DNA of 64,000 nt from assembly GCF_006345805.1 (NCBI RefSeq), contig NC_043017.1:124001-188000 (forward strand). The letters run 5' to 3'. Under the pieces are notes generated by a model, which was given only the letters and a program-made list of their open reading frames with translations, was not told where the DNA came from and searched no databases. Positions 1 through 11,849 of the stretch are shown in pieces; the first letter of the stretch is position 1, and the number at the start of each line of letters is the position of its first letter. The DNA is from Octopus sinensis (lineage: Eukaryota). Both the position numbers and the translations under genes were made by a program.

Positions 1-930
1 TAGGTGAAGGATGAGTTGATTACATCGACCCCAGTGTTCAACTGGTACTTATTTTATTGACTCTGAAAGAATGGAAAGCAAAGTTGATCTCTATGGAGTT
101 TGAACTCAGAATGTAGTGACAGGCAAAATAGCATTAAGTATTTTGTCTGGTACTCTAATGATTCTGCCAGCTCACTGCCTTGAAAAAAAAAAAAATAATA
201 ATAATAACTGCCCTGATGCAGTATCAGGCAGTGGCCCTCAAGGTTGAACTGGTTGGAAGTATTATCATGTACATGATTTGTCTTGGTGTAAAGGACTGGC
301 AACAGCAAATATTCTGCTCAATACCACAGATTTGCTTGTCAGTTGTTTGATCTTAACCAGTTGAGCATGTCCCTTAGAGGCTGACAATATGTGCATCTCT
401 GATCATGAGCAGAATTAATGGGGTAATATCGGTGGAAGTTGAAGTCAGAATGTGAAGACAGACGAAACACTGTAAAGCATTTTGCCTGGCAAGCTAATGA
501 TTCTGCCAAGTCACCACCTTAATGAGAGTAAAAATAATAATAATAATTCTCTCTAATTCTAGCTCAAGACTGGCAACTTTTGTTTAGGGAAGGGGCTTAG
601 TTGATTCCATGGAATGAAAATGGTACATATTTTATTCTCTTCTACTCTAGGCACAAGGCCTGAAATTTTTGAGGAGGGGGCTAGTCGATTAGATTGACCC
701 CAGTATGCAACTGGTACTTGATTTATTAACCCCGAAAGGATGAAAAGCAAAGTTGACCTCAGCAGAATTTGAACTCAGACAATAGAGACAGACGAAATGC
801 TGCTAAGCATTTCGCCCGGTGTGCTAATGTTTCTGCCAGCTCACCACCTTTTGGTACTTATTTTATTGACCCTGAAAAAAAGGAAAAGGCAAATTCAACC
901 TCAGCAGCCCCTGAACTCAGAACGTAAACC
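1..930 (-). mobile_element. Cluster of about 4 full/partial copies of tRNA-derived SINE family 2 separated by (TAA)n
   Basis: Repeated block gattacatcgaccccagt...ggtacttattttattgac...aaagttgacctc...gaatttgaactcagaa...ctgccagctcac at about 1-181, 430-520, 640-850 and 855-930. The minus strand gives A-box/B-box-like motifs (GAGTTCAAATTC). Confidence 0.8.
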
Positions 931-1009
931 TCAGAGAAATACTTCTCAATATTTTGTTTGGTATGCTTTACTTTATCAACACCAGAACGAATAAAAGGCT
1001 ATGTGTGTC

Positions 1010-1385
1010 TTTGCAGGATTAGTACACGTATATGTTTTTTCTATTTTTTATTTGTTTCAGTGATTAAATTGAAGAATTTCAGTTAAGCAAATCAGCCTCA
1101 ATACTTTGTTTATTTTCCTAAAGCCTGATATTTATTGTAGCAATCTTTTTGCTGAACCACAAAGTTACAGCAATGTAAACACACCAACGCCAGTTGTCAA
1201 GTGGCAGTGGTGGTGGGGGGGTAAAGACACACACACATATATACATACATACATACAACAGGCTTCTTTCAGTTTCCATCTACACAAGGCTTTGGTTGGC
1301 CCAAGGCTATAGAAGACACTTGCCCAAGGTGCCATGCAGTGGGACTGAACTTGGAACCATGTGACTGGTAAGCAACACCTGAACC
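1010..1385 (-). mobile_element. tRNA-derived SINE family 1 copy
   Basis: Matches other family 1 copies (cttctttcagtttcc...gaagacacttgcccaaggtgcc...gggactgaac) with an internal (CA)/(TA) microsatellite. Confidence 0.75.
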
Positions 1386-1394
1386 TATATTACC

Positions 1395-2162
1395 ATCATC
1401 GTCATCATTTAACATCCGTTGTCCATGCTGGTATGGGTTGAATGGTTTTACCAGGGATGGCAAGCTGGAAGGCTGCAGCAGGCTCCAGTCTGGTTTGGCA
1501 TGGTTTCTACAGCTGGATGCCCTTCCTAACACTAACCATTCTGAGAGTGTAATGGGTGCTTTTACATGCCACTGGCATGGGTGCCATTTATGTGACACTG
1601 GTAACTACCACGACTGTGGTTTTACTTGGCTTGATGGGTCTTCTTCTCAAGCAAGGCATAATGCCAAATGGACTTGGTCAATGCCTCCATGAGGCCCAAC
1701 ACTTGAAGCCTGGCATAATGCCAAATGATCTCGGTCCTTGCCTCCGTGAGGCCCAATGCTTTTATGTTCCACCGGCATGGGTGCCATTTGCGTGACATCA
1801 GCATGTCACAAATGCAATTTTACTTGGTTGATGGGTCTTCCTCCCAAGCACAACATAATGCCAAAGGTCTTGGTCATTGCTTCTGTGAGGCCCAACATTC
1901 GAAAGGAGCTTGGTCTCGGTCCTTGCCTCTATGAGGCCCAACGCTTGAAAGGTACTTATAATGCCAAAGGTCTTGGTCATTGCTTCTGTGAGGCCCAACA
2001 TTCGAAAGGAGCTCGGTCTCGGTCCGTGCCTCTATGAGGCCCAATGCTCAAAAGGTGGTTCTATGTGCCACTGGCATGGGTGCCATTTCTGTGACACCGG
2101 TATCTTCCACAACTGTAATTTTACTTGGCTTAATGGGTCTTCTTCTCAAGTAGAGCATAATG

Positions 2163-2165
<3 letters not shown>
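1395..2165 (-). mobile_element. Rearranged RTE LINE 3' end (ORF terminus plus 3'UTR) with internal tandem reiterations
   Basis: (CAT)n tail at about 1395-1408. The minus strand repeatedly encodes LGLTEA-x-TK-x-LW-x-YA-LEK, homologous to the C-terminus of ORF 5659-6327. Confidence 0.75.
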
Positions 2166-2217
<52 letters not shown>

Positions 2218-4811
2218 ATGTATCATCATCAACATTTAATGTCTGTATTCCATCCATGTCGCCATTCATTAAAGGATTTGACAAGAATGGACAGGTGTGA
2301 GAAATGCCTTGAGCACCAATGTCTATTTTGTCAATATTTCTAAGGCTGGATGCCCTTCCTAATGCCAAACATTTTACAAAGGGTACTAGGGTGTGTTTTC
2401 TTGACACCAGCACTAGTGAGGTTGCTAAGTAGCTTGTGAGACAAGACCCCTTGATTAAGGGGGTCGGTATAAAATTGAGGAGGGTGGCTTATGCTAGGTG
2501 CTAGGAGGCATAAATATGATAGAGGAATAGGAACAGCAGATGTCTTGCTGCAGAGATACATAGCTATTCCAGCTTGGAAAGGAGAGATGGTGGCAGTGAT
2601 GAGTTGTGTGTGTAGATAGATGCATACACACACACATATATATACAGACATATTATAGAGGCATATTTTTTTTTACCTGTATCAGTGTGTATGTATGTAT
2701 GTATATACACACATGCATATGCACACACATGTACAGATACATATATGTACCTGCATATACATATAAGTTTATACAGATATATACACTGATATAGTAAAAG
2801 TACAAATGTTGAAGAAATGAAATATGATTCCGTCTGAATGCATGAGATGATGATGATAAAGAGGAGGAAGAGGAGGAATGGAGTGAAAGAAGACGGCCAC
2901 CACCATCATTATCATCAGTAGCAGCCATTGGGTTTGTCTGAATGCAGGTTGTGTTACAACAGTGCCACATAAGTGGAGTGGAAGTGCAAGGTGAGGGTAG
3001 AGTGTGGGGAACAACGGCATCATCATCATCATCATTGCTATAATCATCGGCATAATGATCAGTAGCAATGGCAACAACAACAATACAGAACTTGAAAAAA
3101 CAATAGACAAGAACAACAACAACAACAGTAGCAAACAACTTTTAAACAATTGAATAACAGAGGACAACAGCAACAAACAATAGGCAATAACAGTAACAAC
3201 AACAACAACAACATAAGCACATGTAACAAGATGCTTAGCTATTGTAGTAACTAATAAGAGAACCAGAGAGAGGGGGGAGGAAAGGAGAAAGAGTAAGAGA
3301 CTAAAAGAGAGGGAGACAGTGTGAAAGATGAGGGACAGACAGAGTGTATGTCCCACAATCCTCCTTAGCCTCAGGTAATTGCGTGTGAATAATTACAGGT
3401 GTTAACTTGCAAGTAAAGGGAGCCTTGTACTCCTGGCTACACCTGCAATGACATCCAGCCACCTTCGTCCCCCACCCCTATGGCTGTAACACCATACTAC
3501 GCCACCACCACCACCACTTCCATCACTGCTACTGCTGCCCTCTAACCTTCAACACCAGTGCTACATCACCCCTACCACCACTGCCATTGCCACCATCACA
3601 AATACCACTACCACCTTCACCACTTTTGCCATTATTACCATCACGACTACCACCTCTACCACCACCACCACCATCACCGTCAGCATCGCCACTAACACTA
3701 ATTCTGTTGCCATCATCACCACCACCACCACCACCACCACCAAGAACATGAAGAACACCACCACGTATGATACCTGCACACATACTAACATCTCATCACC
3801 CCCATCTTACTACCGCCACTACCATAAATACTACAATTATTATGACGACCACGACCACTGCTGCCACCGCCACCACTTCTACCACCACCAGCATCAGTGC
3901 CATCATAGCACTATCAATACCTCCTTCATTACTATGACCACCACCACCACAACCACCACCATCATGATCCATCCCCTTTGCCGCCAACACCATACAACTA
4001 CCGCTCTACTTCCACCACCCCATCAAACTATCATTCACCCCGCCCCCTCCCTAGAGCTGATGTTTCTTTTTAGTAACAAATCATGTTATTCTATTATTTT
4101 TTTTACTTAACATGATTGGTGAACCCACCTTCAATTGATAAACTGTGTTGTTTTGTGTGTGGGTGTGTGTCTTTGGGAGGGAGAGACAGGGCTCCTGACC
4201 TTTGCATGTCTTACATCCAGACTTCCAGGTGCAACCTATGATGTGGTTTGTAAGAGCATATATGTTACCTGCTCTCGACTGTTAAACTGTCTTCTCTTTC
4301 CCTTGTTTATTTGTTTAGGAAGGAGGGACAGTGGCCCTGACGTTTGCATGTCTTACTTCCAGACTTCCAGATGTAATCTATGATGAGGCGCGGGGTGGGG
4401 GAACGGCAGGTTGATATTCAACCGAGTTTGAACATCTATAAGGCAGTGTCTGTAACAAGAGGGAGGGAAAGCAAAACGAAGCAAAATGTGAATGAGGACG
4501 GGTTCTAGGAAGGTGGGAGTTGAGAAGAAGAAGGATCATACAAAGTCTGAAGTGCCAGGGCATGAAGGAGAAACAGATAGGGTAATAGGTAAAAAGTGCT
4601 GCACCTTGTAGTACTTGTTCTGGCCCTTTATGTTCGGAGTTCAAATCCTGCTTGGGCTAACACTGCCTTTCAGCCCACTGGGGAAGGTGGGGGCTCTCTT
4701 GTGCTGAACCACTAAGTTACAAGGAAGTAAACACACCAACACTGGTTGCCAAGCAGTGATGGGGTGACAAACTGACACAAATACACACATAGATATATGC
4801 ATACATATAAA

Positions 4812-4842
<31 letters not shown>

Positions 4843-4895
4843 GTGTATGTGTGTGTGTGTGTGTGTGTAAATGTGTGTATATAGATATGTGTGTT

Positions 4896-4949
<54 letters not shown>

Positions 4950-4954
4950 CACAT

Positions 4955-6849
4955 AACTACAAGGGTATTAAACTGTTGGATCAGGTGATGAAGGTCACAG
5001 AGAGGGTCATAGCCCATCTCGTTAGGGAGAGAGTTTGCTTAGATGAGACGCAGTTTGGTTTTGTGCTGGGTAGAAGCACCACTGATGCCATATTCCTGGT
5101 TCGACAACTGCAGGAGAAATACCTAGCTAAAGATAAACTCCTCTACATAGCTTTCGTGGACTTGGAGAAAGCCTTTGACAGGGTCCCCCGATCCCTTATC
5201 TGGTGGGCGATGCAGAAACTGGAGATTGACGAATGGTTAATAAGGGCTGTACAGGCCCTATACAGAGATGCCATCAGCAAGGTTAGAATTGGCAATGAGT
5301 ATAGTGAAGAATTCCGGGTAGAGGTAGGGATCCACCAAGGTTTGGCCCTCAGTCCCCTTTTATTCATCATAGTCCTCCAGGCAATAATAGAGGAATTCAA
5401 GACGGGTTGCCTCTGAAAGCTCCTCTATGCTGATGACCTGGCCCTCATAGCTGAATCACTACTGGAACTAGAAAAGAAATGTCGGGTGTGGAAGCTAGGT
5501 TTAGAATCAAAAGGCCTCAGAGTAAATGTAGCAAAGACCAAAGTTATAGTAAGTAGGAAGGCAAACACATCACACACCCCTTCAGGTAGGTGGCTCTGCT
5601 CGATCTGTAGAAAAGGTGCAGCACCATCAAAGGAAAATTAACTGAGAAGATAGCTTTTGTGTGCGGCAGATGCACTGGGGCAATAGACACCACGGATACT
5701 CAGAAAACAGATTCCATCACACTCCAGGGGAAGAAACTAGAAGTAGTTGATAGTTTCCACTACCTAGGCGACCAAGTTAGTAGTGGGGATGGATGCTCAG
5801 AGAGTATTATCACTAGAATAAGAATAGCCTGGGCAAACTTTAGAAAGCTCCTACCCCTACTGGTGACAAAGGGTCTCTCACTTAGAGTGAAAGGTAAATT
5901 GTACGACATATGTGTGCAAACTGCCATGCTTCACAGTAGTGAAACATGGGCTGTGACTGCAGAGGACATGCGAAGGCTTGAAAGAAATGAAGCTAGCATG
6001 ATCTGCTGGATGTGTAATGTCAGTGTGCATACACGACAGAGTGTAAGAGCCCTGAGAGAAATGCTGGACATAAGAAGCATTGGATGTGGCGTGCAAGAGA
6101 GATGTTTGTGCTGGTATGGTTATGTACTACGGATGGATGAGGAGAGATGTGTGAAGAAGTGTTACTACCAAACAGTTGAAGGAATCCGGGGTAGAGGTAG
6201 ACCCAGGAAGACATGGGATGAGGCGGTCAAGAATGACCTTCGAACATTGGGTCTCACAGAGGCAATGACGAAAGGCCAAGACCTCTGGAGATATGCTGTG
6301 ACTGCAAAGACCCAACAAAGAATGTGAGTTCATGGCTGTTTCCTTCACCAGCTTCACATAGAAGCTCGGATCACAGGACGGCCTTCTGTACTTACCTTGT
6401 ATCGTAGGGTGACCTGCTGTGCTTGAGGAGACCTATTGAGTCAAGTACATCAACATCAAAAATCAAATGGAAATTGTAGCACCAGCACCAACCAAACGTA
6501 TCTGTTTCCACCCTCCCCTGGCACCTGTGCTGGTGGCACGTACAAAGCACCATCCGTACGTGGTCGATGTCAATGCTGCCTTGACTGGCTTCTGTGCCTG
6601 TGGCACGTAAAAAGCACCAACTGATCATAGCCGTTGCCAGCCTCCCCTGGTACCTGTGCTGGTGGCACATAAAATGCACCCACTACATTCACGGGGTGGT
6701 GGCGTTAGGAAGGACATCCAACTGTAGAAACACTGCCAGATCAGACTGGAGCCTGGTGCAGACTCCTGGCTTCCCAGACCCCGGTCGGACCGTCCAAACC
6801 ATGCTAGCATGGAAAACGAACGTTAAACGAAGATGATGATGAGGATGAT
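4955..6849 (+). mobile_element. 5'-truncated RTE-clade LINE (reverse transcriptase, 3'UTR, (GAT)n tail), defective
   Basis: QFGFVLGRSTTDAIF, AFVDLEKAFDRV, GIHQGLALSPLLF and LLYADDL motifs; stop at 5414-5416; internal deletion near 5618; RTE C-terminus RGRGRPRKTW; ends aacgttaaacgaagatgatgatg. It splits a family 1 SINE (tail part about 4690-4800, head part about 6985-7125). Confidence 0.92.
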
Positions 6850-6945
6850 GTGTGTGTGTGTATATATATATATGTGTGTGTGTGTATATATGTATGTGTA
6901 TATATATGCGTGTGTGTGTGTGTGGTGTGTGTGTGTGTGTGTGTG

Positions 6946-6987
<42 letters not shown>

Positions 6988-7605
6988 GATGGGCTCTTTT
7001 CAGTTTCCATCTACTAAACCCACTCACAGGGCTTTGGTCAGCCCAAGGCTATGGTAGAAGACACTTACCCAAGGTGTCATGCAGTAGGACTGAACCCAGA
7101 ACCATGTGGTTGACAAGCATGCTTCCCAAAGCTCCTCTTTGGTTACTGGTTAGCAGATGCTATCATACAGTAAGACTTCACCTTTTACTAGATATACATA
7201 TGGAAATCCACAAGTATCTGTATCGTATATACAAAAGAATTTTAATACATGAAGATGAAATGGACTGGCTTTATTACACATCCCTACAATTGTTTCCATG
7301 CATCAGTGCCAGCTGGTAATTGCCAAATGTCACATATAGTGTTCCCTTGTAACATTCACCTATTACCAACTGATACTGATGCACCAAAACAACTGTAGTG
7401 ATTTTTAATATAGCCTGTTCATTCCATCTTCTTGTATTAAAATTCTTATATATATATAGGCGTAGGAGTGGCTGTGTGGTAAGTAGCATGGTTCCAGGTT
7501 CAGTCCCATTGCGTGGCACCTTGGGCAAGTGTCTTCTACTATAGCCTCGGGCTGACCAAAGCCGTGAGAGTGGATTTGGTAGATGGAAACTGAAAGATGC
7601 CCATC

Positions 7606-7637
<32 letters not shown>

Positions 7638-7639
<2 letters not shown>

Positions 7640-7848
7640 CTCTCTTTTACTCTTTTACTTGTTTCAGTCATTTGACTGTGGCCATGCTGGAGCACCGCCT
7701 TTAGTCGAGCAAATCGACCCCGGGACTTATTCTTTGTAAGCCCAGTACTTATTCTATCGGTCTCTTTTGCCGAACCGCTAAGTGACGGGGACATAAACAC
7801 ACCAGCATCGGTTGTCAAGCAATGCTAGGGGGACAAAGACAGGCACAG

Positions 7849-7881
<33 letters not shown>

Positions 7882-8046
7882 CATATATACGACAGGCTTC
7901 TTTCAGTTTCCGTCTACCAAATCCATTCACAAGGCATTGGTTGGCCCGGGGCTATAGCAGAAGACACTTGCCCAAGATGCCACGCAGTGGGACTGAACCT
8001 GGAACCATGTGGCTGGTTAGCAAGCTACTTACCACACAGCCACTCC
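7638..8046 (-). mobile_element. Full-length tRNA-derived SINE family 1
   Basis: Head ggagtggctgtgtggtaag...ggttccaggttcagtccc, CORE-like cttgggcaagtgtctt segment, internal (TA)n(TG)n and (GAGTAAAA)n tail. A partial plus-strand copy lies at 7459-7610. Confidence 0.85.
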
Positions 8047-8082
<36 letters not shown>

Positions 8083-8325
8083 CGTGTGTGCATGTGTGTG
8101 TGTTGTGTGTGTGTGTGTTTGCACCCCCAACATCACTTGACAACCGATCCTGGTGTGTTTACATTCCCATAACTTAGCGGTTCAGCAAAAGAGATCGATA
8201 GAATAAGTACTAAGCTAACAAATAATAAGTCCTGGGGTCAATTTATTTGACTAAATGCAGTGCTCCAGCATGGCCACAGTCAAATGACTGAAACAAGTAA
8301 AAAAATAAAAGAAAGAAAAAGAATA

Positions 8326-8360
<35 letters not shown>

Positions 8361-8419
8361 AGATAATGGTGTCATTGAGATCCAAAGGTATCAGGTAATG
8401 CTGAATAAGACATACATTA

Positions 8420-8879
8420 TCTCGAAAGAGTCCAGAAGCTGGCTACCCGCATGGTTCTTGGTCTCAAGCATTTGTCTTATGAAGAAAGGCTGAAGATGCT
8501 CGACCTTTATTCTCTAGAAAAACGACGACGCTGTGGTGATCTCATTCTTGCTCACATCATAAGCGGAAACTGTAACCTCTCGAACGAGCTGTTCTTCACT
8601 CCTGCTCCAGAACGTTGGCTGAGGGGTCATTCCGAAAAGCTCTATCTGCGACGATTTCATCTCAATCGAAGGAGAGGGGCTTTCTCCGTCCGGGTTGTGG
8701 ATCCGTGGAATAAGCTGCCGGACGAGACAGTGAAGATGCCGACGACTGCTCGGTTCAAAGTCTCCCTTGACCACAAATGGCCTGAACTCTTTGCATGAAC
8801 ACCACCCTGTACATAACTCCATGTCCCCCTACATGGCCTTGCTTTTTGCTTTTTGAGCCAAAAAATTAACTTAACTTAA
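8420..8879 (+). mobile_element. CR1-like LINE 3' fragment
   Basis: LERVQKLATRMV-LKHLSYEERLKMLDLYSLEKRR-GDLI...FSVRVVDPWNKLP, the typical CR1/L2-group C-terminus; (TTAAC)n tail. Confidence 0.88.
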
Positions 8880-8964
8880 AGTGCTATAGACAGACCATAG
8901 TTAAGTTCCAGATTCGGTAATATTGCGAATAAAGGGTTCAATGTTGCTTCTATGTCAACGTGTG

Positions 8965-11185
8965 TATATATGAATTTTTTGCAGAATGAGATAAAAAAAA
9001 ACCAAGGCTGTATAGATATTAGAGCATTTATAGATAGAAGGTCTTACAGCTGTTTCTAGAATATTAATTAATAATTATGCACAGTCCACCTGTGCATACC
9101 TTCCTCCTTGTGATACTTGTGAAGGCCTGTTGAGGCAAGTGGAAATCAAAGGCCTGTTGAGGCAAGTGAAAATCAAAATCAAAATCAAATCAAAACAAAT
9201 CAAAATAGATGAACATCAATGGAATTTGTATCTTTGTGGTACCAGTGCCGGTGGCACACAAGAGATAACCATCCGAAAGTGGCCGTAGCCAGTACCGCAT
9301 CGACTGGCCTCCGTTCTGTGGGCACATGACAAACACCATCCGATCGTGGCCGTTCGCCAGCCTCATCTAGCACCTGTGTCGGTGGCACATAAAAACACCA
9401 TCCGAAGACCCGGCAAGACTAGTCAGGCCATAACCCATGGCCCCTACCTGGGACGTAGTCAGTCCACCTGTGCATACCTTCCTTCTTGTGACACTTGTGA
9501 AGACTGTTGAGGCAAGTGAAAATCAAATCAAAACAAATCAAAATAGATGAACATCAATGGAATCTGTATCTTTGTGGTACCAGTGCCGGTGGCACACACT
9601 TTGTGGTACCAGTGCCGGTGGCACACATGAGAACCATCCGAACGTGGCCGTAGCCAGTTCCGCATCGACCGGCCTCCGTGCTGTGGGCACGTAACAAACA
9701 CCATCCGATCATGGCCGTTCGCCAGCCTCATCTGGCACCTGTGTCGGTGGCACATAAAAAACACCTTCCGAAGACCCGGCAAGACTAGTCAGTCCACCTG
9801 TGCATACCTTCCTTCCTTCTTGTGACACTTGTGAAGACCGGTTGAGGCAAGTGAAAATCAAATCAAATCAAATCAAAATAGACAAAATAGATGAACATCA
9901 ATGGAATTTGTATCTTGTGGTACCAGTGCCTGTGGCACACAAGAAATCCATCAGTGCCGTAGTCAGTGCGGTGGGCACATGACAAACACCATCCGATCGT
10001 GGCCGTTCGCCAGCCTCATCTAGCACCTGTGTCGGTGGCACATAAAAACACCATCCGAAGACCCGGCAAGACTAGTCAGGCCATAACCCATGGCCCCTAC
10101 CTGGGACGTAGTCAGTCCACCTGTGCATACCTTCCTTCTTGTGACACTTGTGAAGACCTGTTGAGGCAAGTGAAAATCAAATCAAATCAAAACAAATCAA
10201 AATAGATGAACATCAATGGAATTTGTATCTTTGTGGTACCAGTGCCGGTGGCACGTGGCACATAAGAAAACCATCCGAACGTGGCCGTAGCCAGTACCGC
10301 ATCGACTGGCCTCCGTGCTGTGGGCACGTAACAAGCACCATCCGATCGTGGCCGTTTGCCAGCCTCATCTGGCACCTGTGTCGGTGGCACATAAAAACAC
10401 CATCCGAGCGTGGCCGTCTGCCAGCCTCGTCTGGCACCTGTGTCGGTGGCACATAAAAACACCATCCGAGCGTGGCCGTCTGCCAGCCTCGTCTGGCACC
10501 TGTGTCGGTGGCACATAAAAACACCATCCGAGCGTGGCCGTCTGCCAGCCTCGTCTGGCACCTGTGTCGGTGGCACATAAAAACACCATCCGAGCGTGGC
10601 CGTTTGTCAGCCTCGTCTGGCACCTGTGTCGGTGGCACATAAAATCACCCACTACACTCTCGGAGTGGTTGGCGTTAGGAAGGGCATCCAGCTGTAGAAA
10701 CACTGCCAGATCTGACTGGACTGGTGCAGCTTTCGGGCTCCCCAGACCCCAGTTGAACCGTCCAACCCATGCTAGCATGGAAAGCGGACGTTAAATGATG
10801 ATGATGATGATGATGAATAATATCCCTTCATCGGAGACGGTGTGAGAGGAAAAGTTAACTCTGAGGGACTTTCGGATTTTACGCAAAGGATATTGGAATA
10901 TTACACATATATACCATTATGCCAATAAAACGGTTTTATGAACTCAATAACCATACATATCTTACATCTATTTTCTTTCCTCCACCTCACTCTCTATTTG
11001 TATCACAACGAAACTAACTATGACTTAATTTTTCCTCTCACACCATCTCCGATGAAGGGATATTATTATTATTATCTCATTACACAAAAAATTCATATAT
11101 ATATATATATATATATATATGAATTTTTTGTGTAATGAGATAAAAAAAACCAAGGCTGTATAGATATTAGAGCATTTTTAGATAT
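8965..11185. mobile_element. Penelope-like pseudo-LTR segments in alternating orientation, interrupted by an RTE 3'UTR array
   Basis: Segments homologous to 56100-56395 occur at 8985-9080 (-), 10817-10853 (-), 10886-11097 (+) and 11118-11180 (-). 34-bp inverted repeat at 10820-10853/11030-11063; hammerhead-like core CCGATGA/GAAAC. The Penelope assignment is inferred; no PLE RT or GIY-YIG ORF is visible. Confidence 0.55.
9082..10816 (+). mobile_element. RTE LINE 3'UTR with four tandem copies of a 320-380-bp block, a 62-bp unit array and (GAT)n tail
   Basis: Block starts cagtccacctgtgcatacctt at 9082, 9460, 9790 and 10113; 62-bp units at about 10330-10640; terminal aggaagggcatccagctgtagaaac...ggacgttaaatgatgatg is shared with the other RTE copies. 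Confidence 0.85.
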
Positions 11186-11849
11186 ATATATATATATATA
11201 TATATAAAACGGACGTTAAACGATGATGATGATGATGATGATGATATATATATACATATATATGTTATGCATACACACACACATGCACAGAAAGAAAAGG
11301 TGAATGTGAGAGTCAGATGTTACAGTGTAGTAATGTTGACACAGACTCATCTAACCAATGCCAGCATCCAAAATCAAACATCATGATAATGATGGATGGC
11401 AACAACAACAACAACAACTGTGGTGATAGTGGCAGTGGTAGCAGCAGTTGTCATGGTATTCCAAGAAATTGGTGCATCAGAAAAAAAGCTTGTTACATGT
11501 CAGAGAAGCACTAATCCATCGGAAGCGTATTACTTGAGCAATGTTCTATACCAAACAAACCAACAAACAAACAAACATTATTGTTTTATATAGATACTGC
11601 TGTTGTAACCGGATTAACTTTCGGTAATGTTCAAAGAGTTTGTGTATCTGCCAAACCTAACCCGAACCTAACCCAAACCTGACCAACAACCAATCAATGA
11701 TTACGGAAACAAATCCACCCCATGAAGACCACCACCACCTAATACCACAGTATTTAGACTTTGGGGGTGGGAGGAAAAATGAATAAAGGGAGAAGGGAAA
11801 ACTATAAAACCTTTAGCAAGTAACTTCCATTAAATAATGCTCCCAAATG

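Noticed and set aside
2600-4110. Numerous short ORFs rich in HT/YI/CV/poly-V/poly-T (here and throughout the window)
   Set aside because: They are translations of (CA)n, (TA)n, (CAT)n, (CAC)n and (CAA)n microsatellites.
10310-10640. CRISPR-like regular array with palindromic units (also 55005-55560)
   Set aside because: There are no unique spacers: whole 60-62-bp units repeat. There are no cas genes, and the array is continuous with the RTE 3'UTR and (GAT)n tail.
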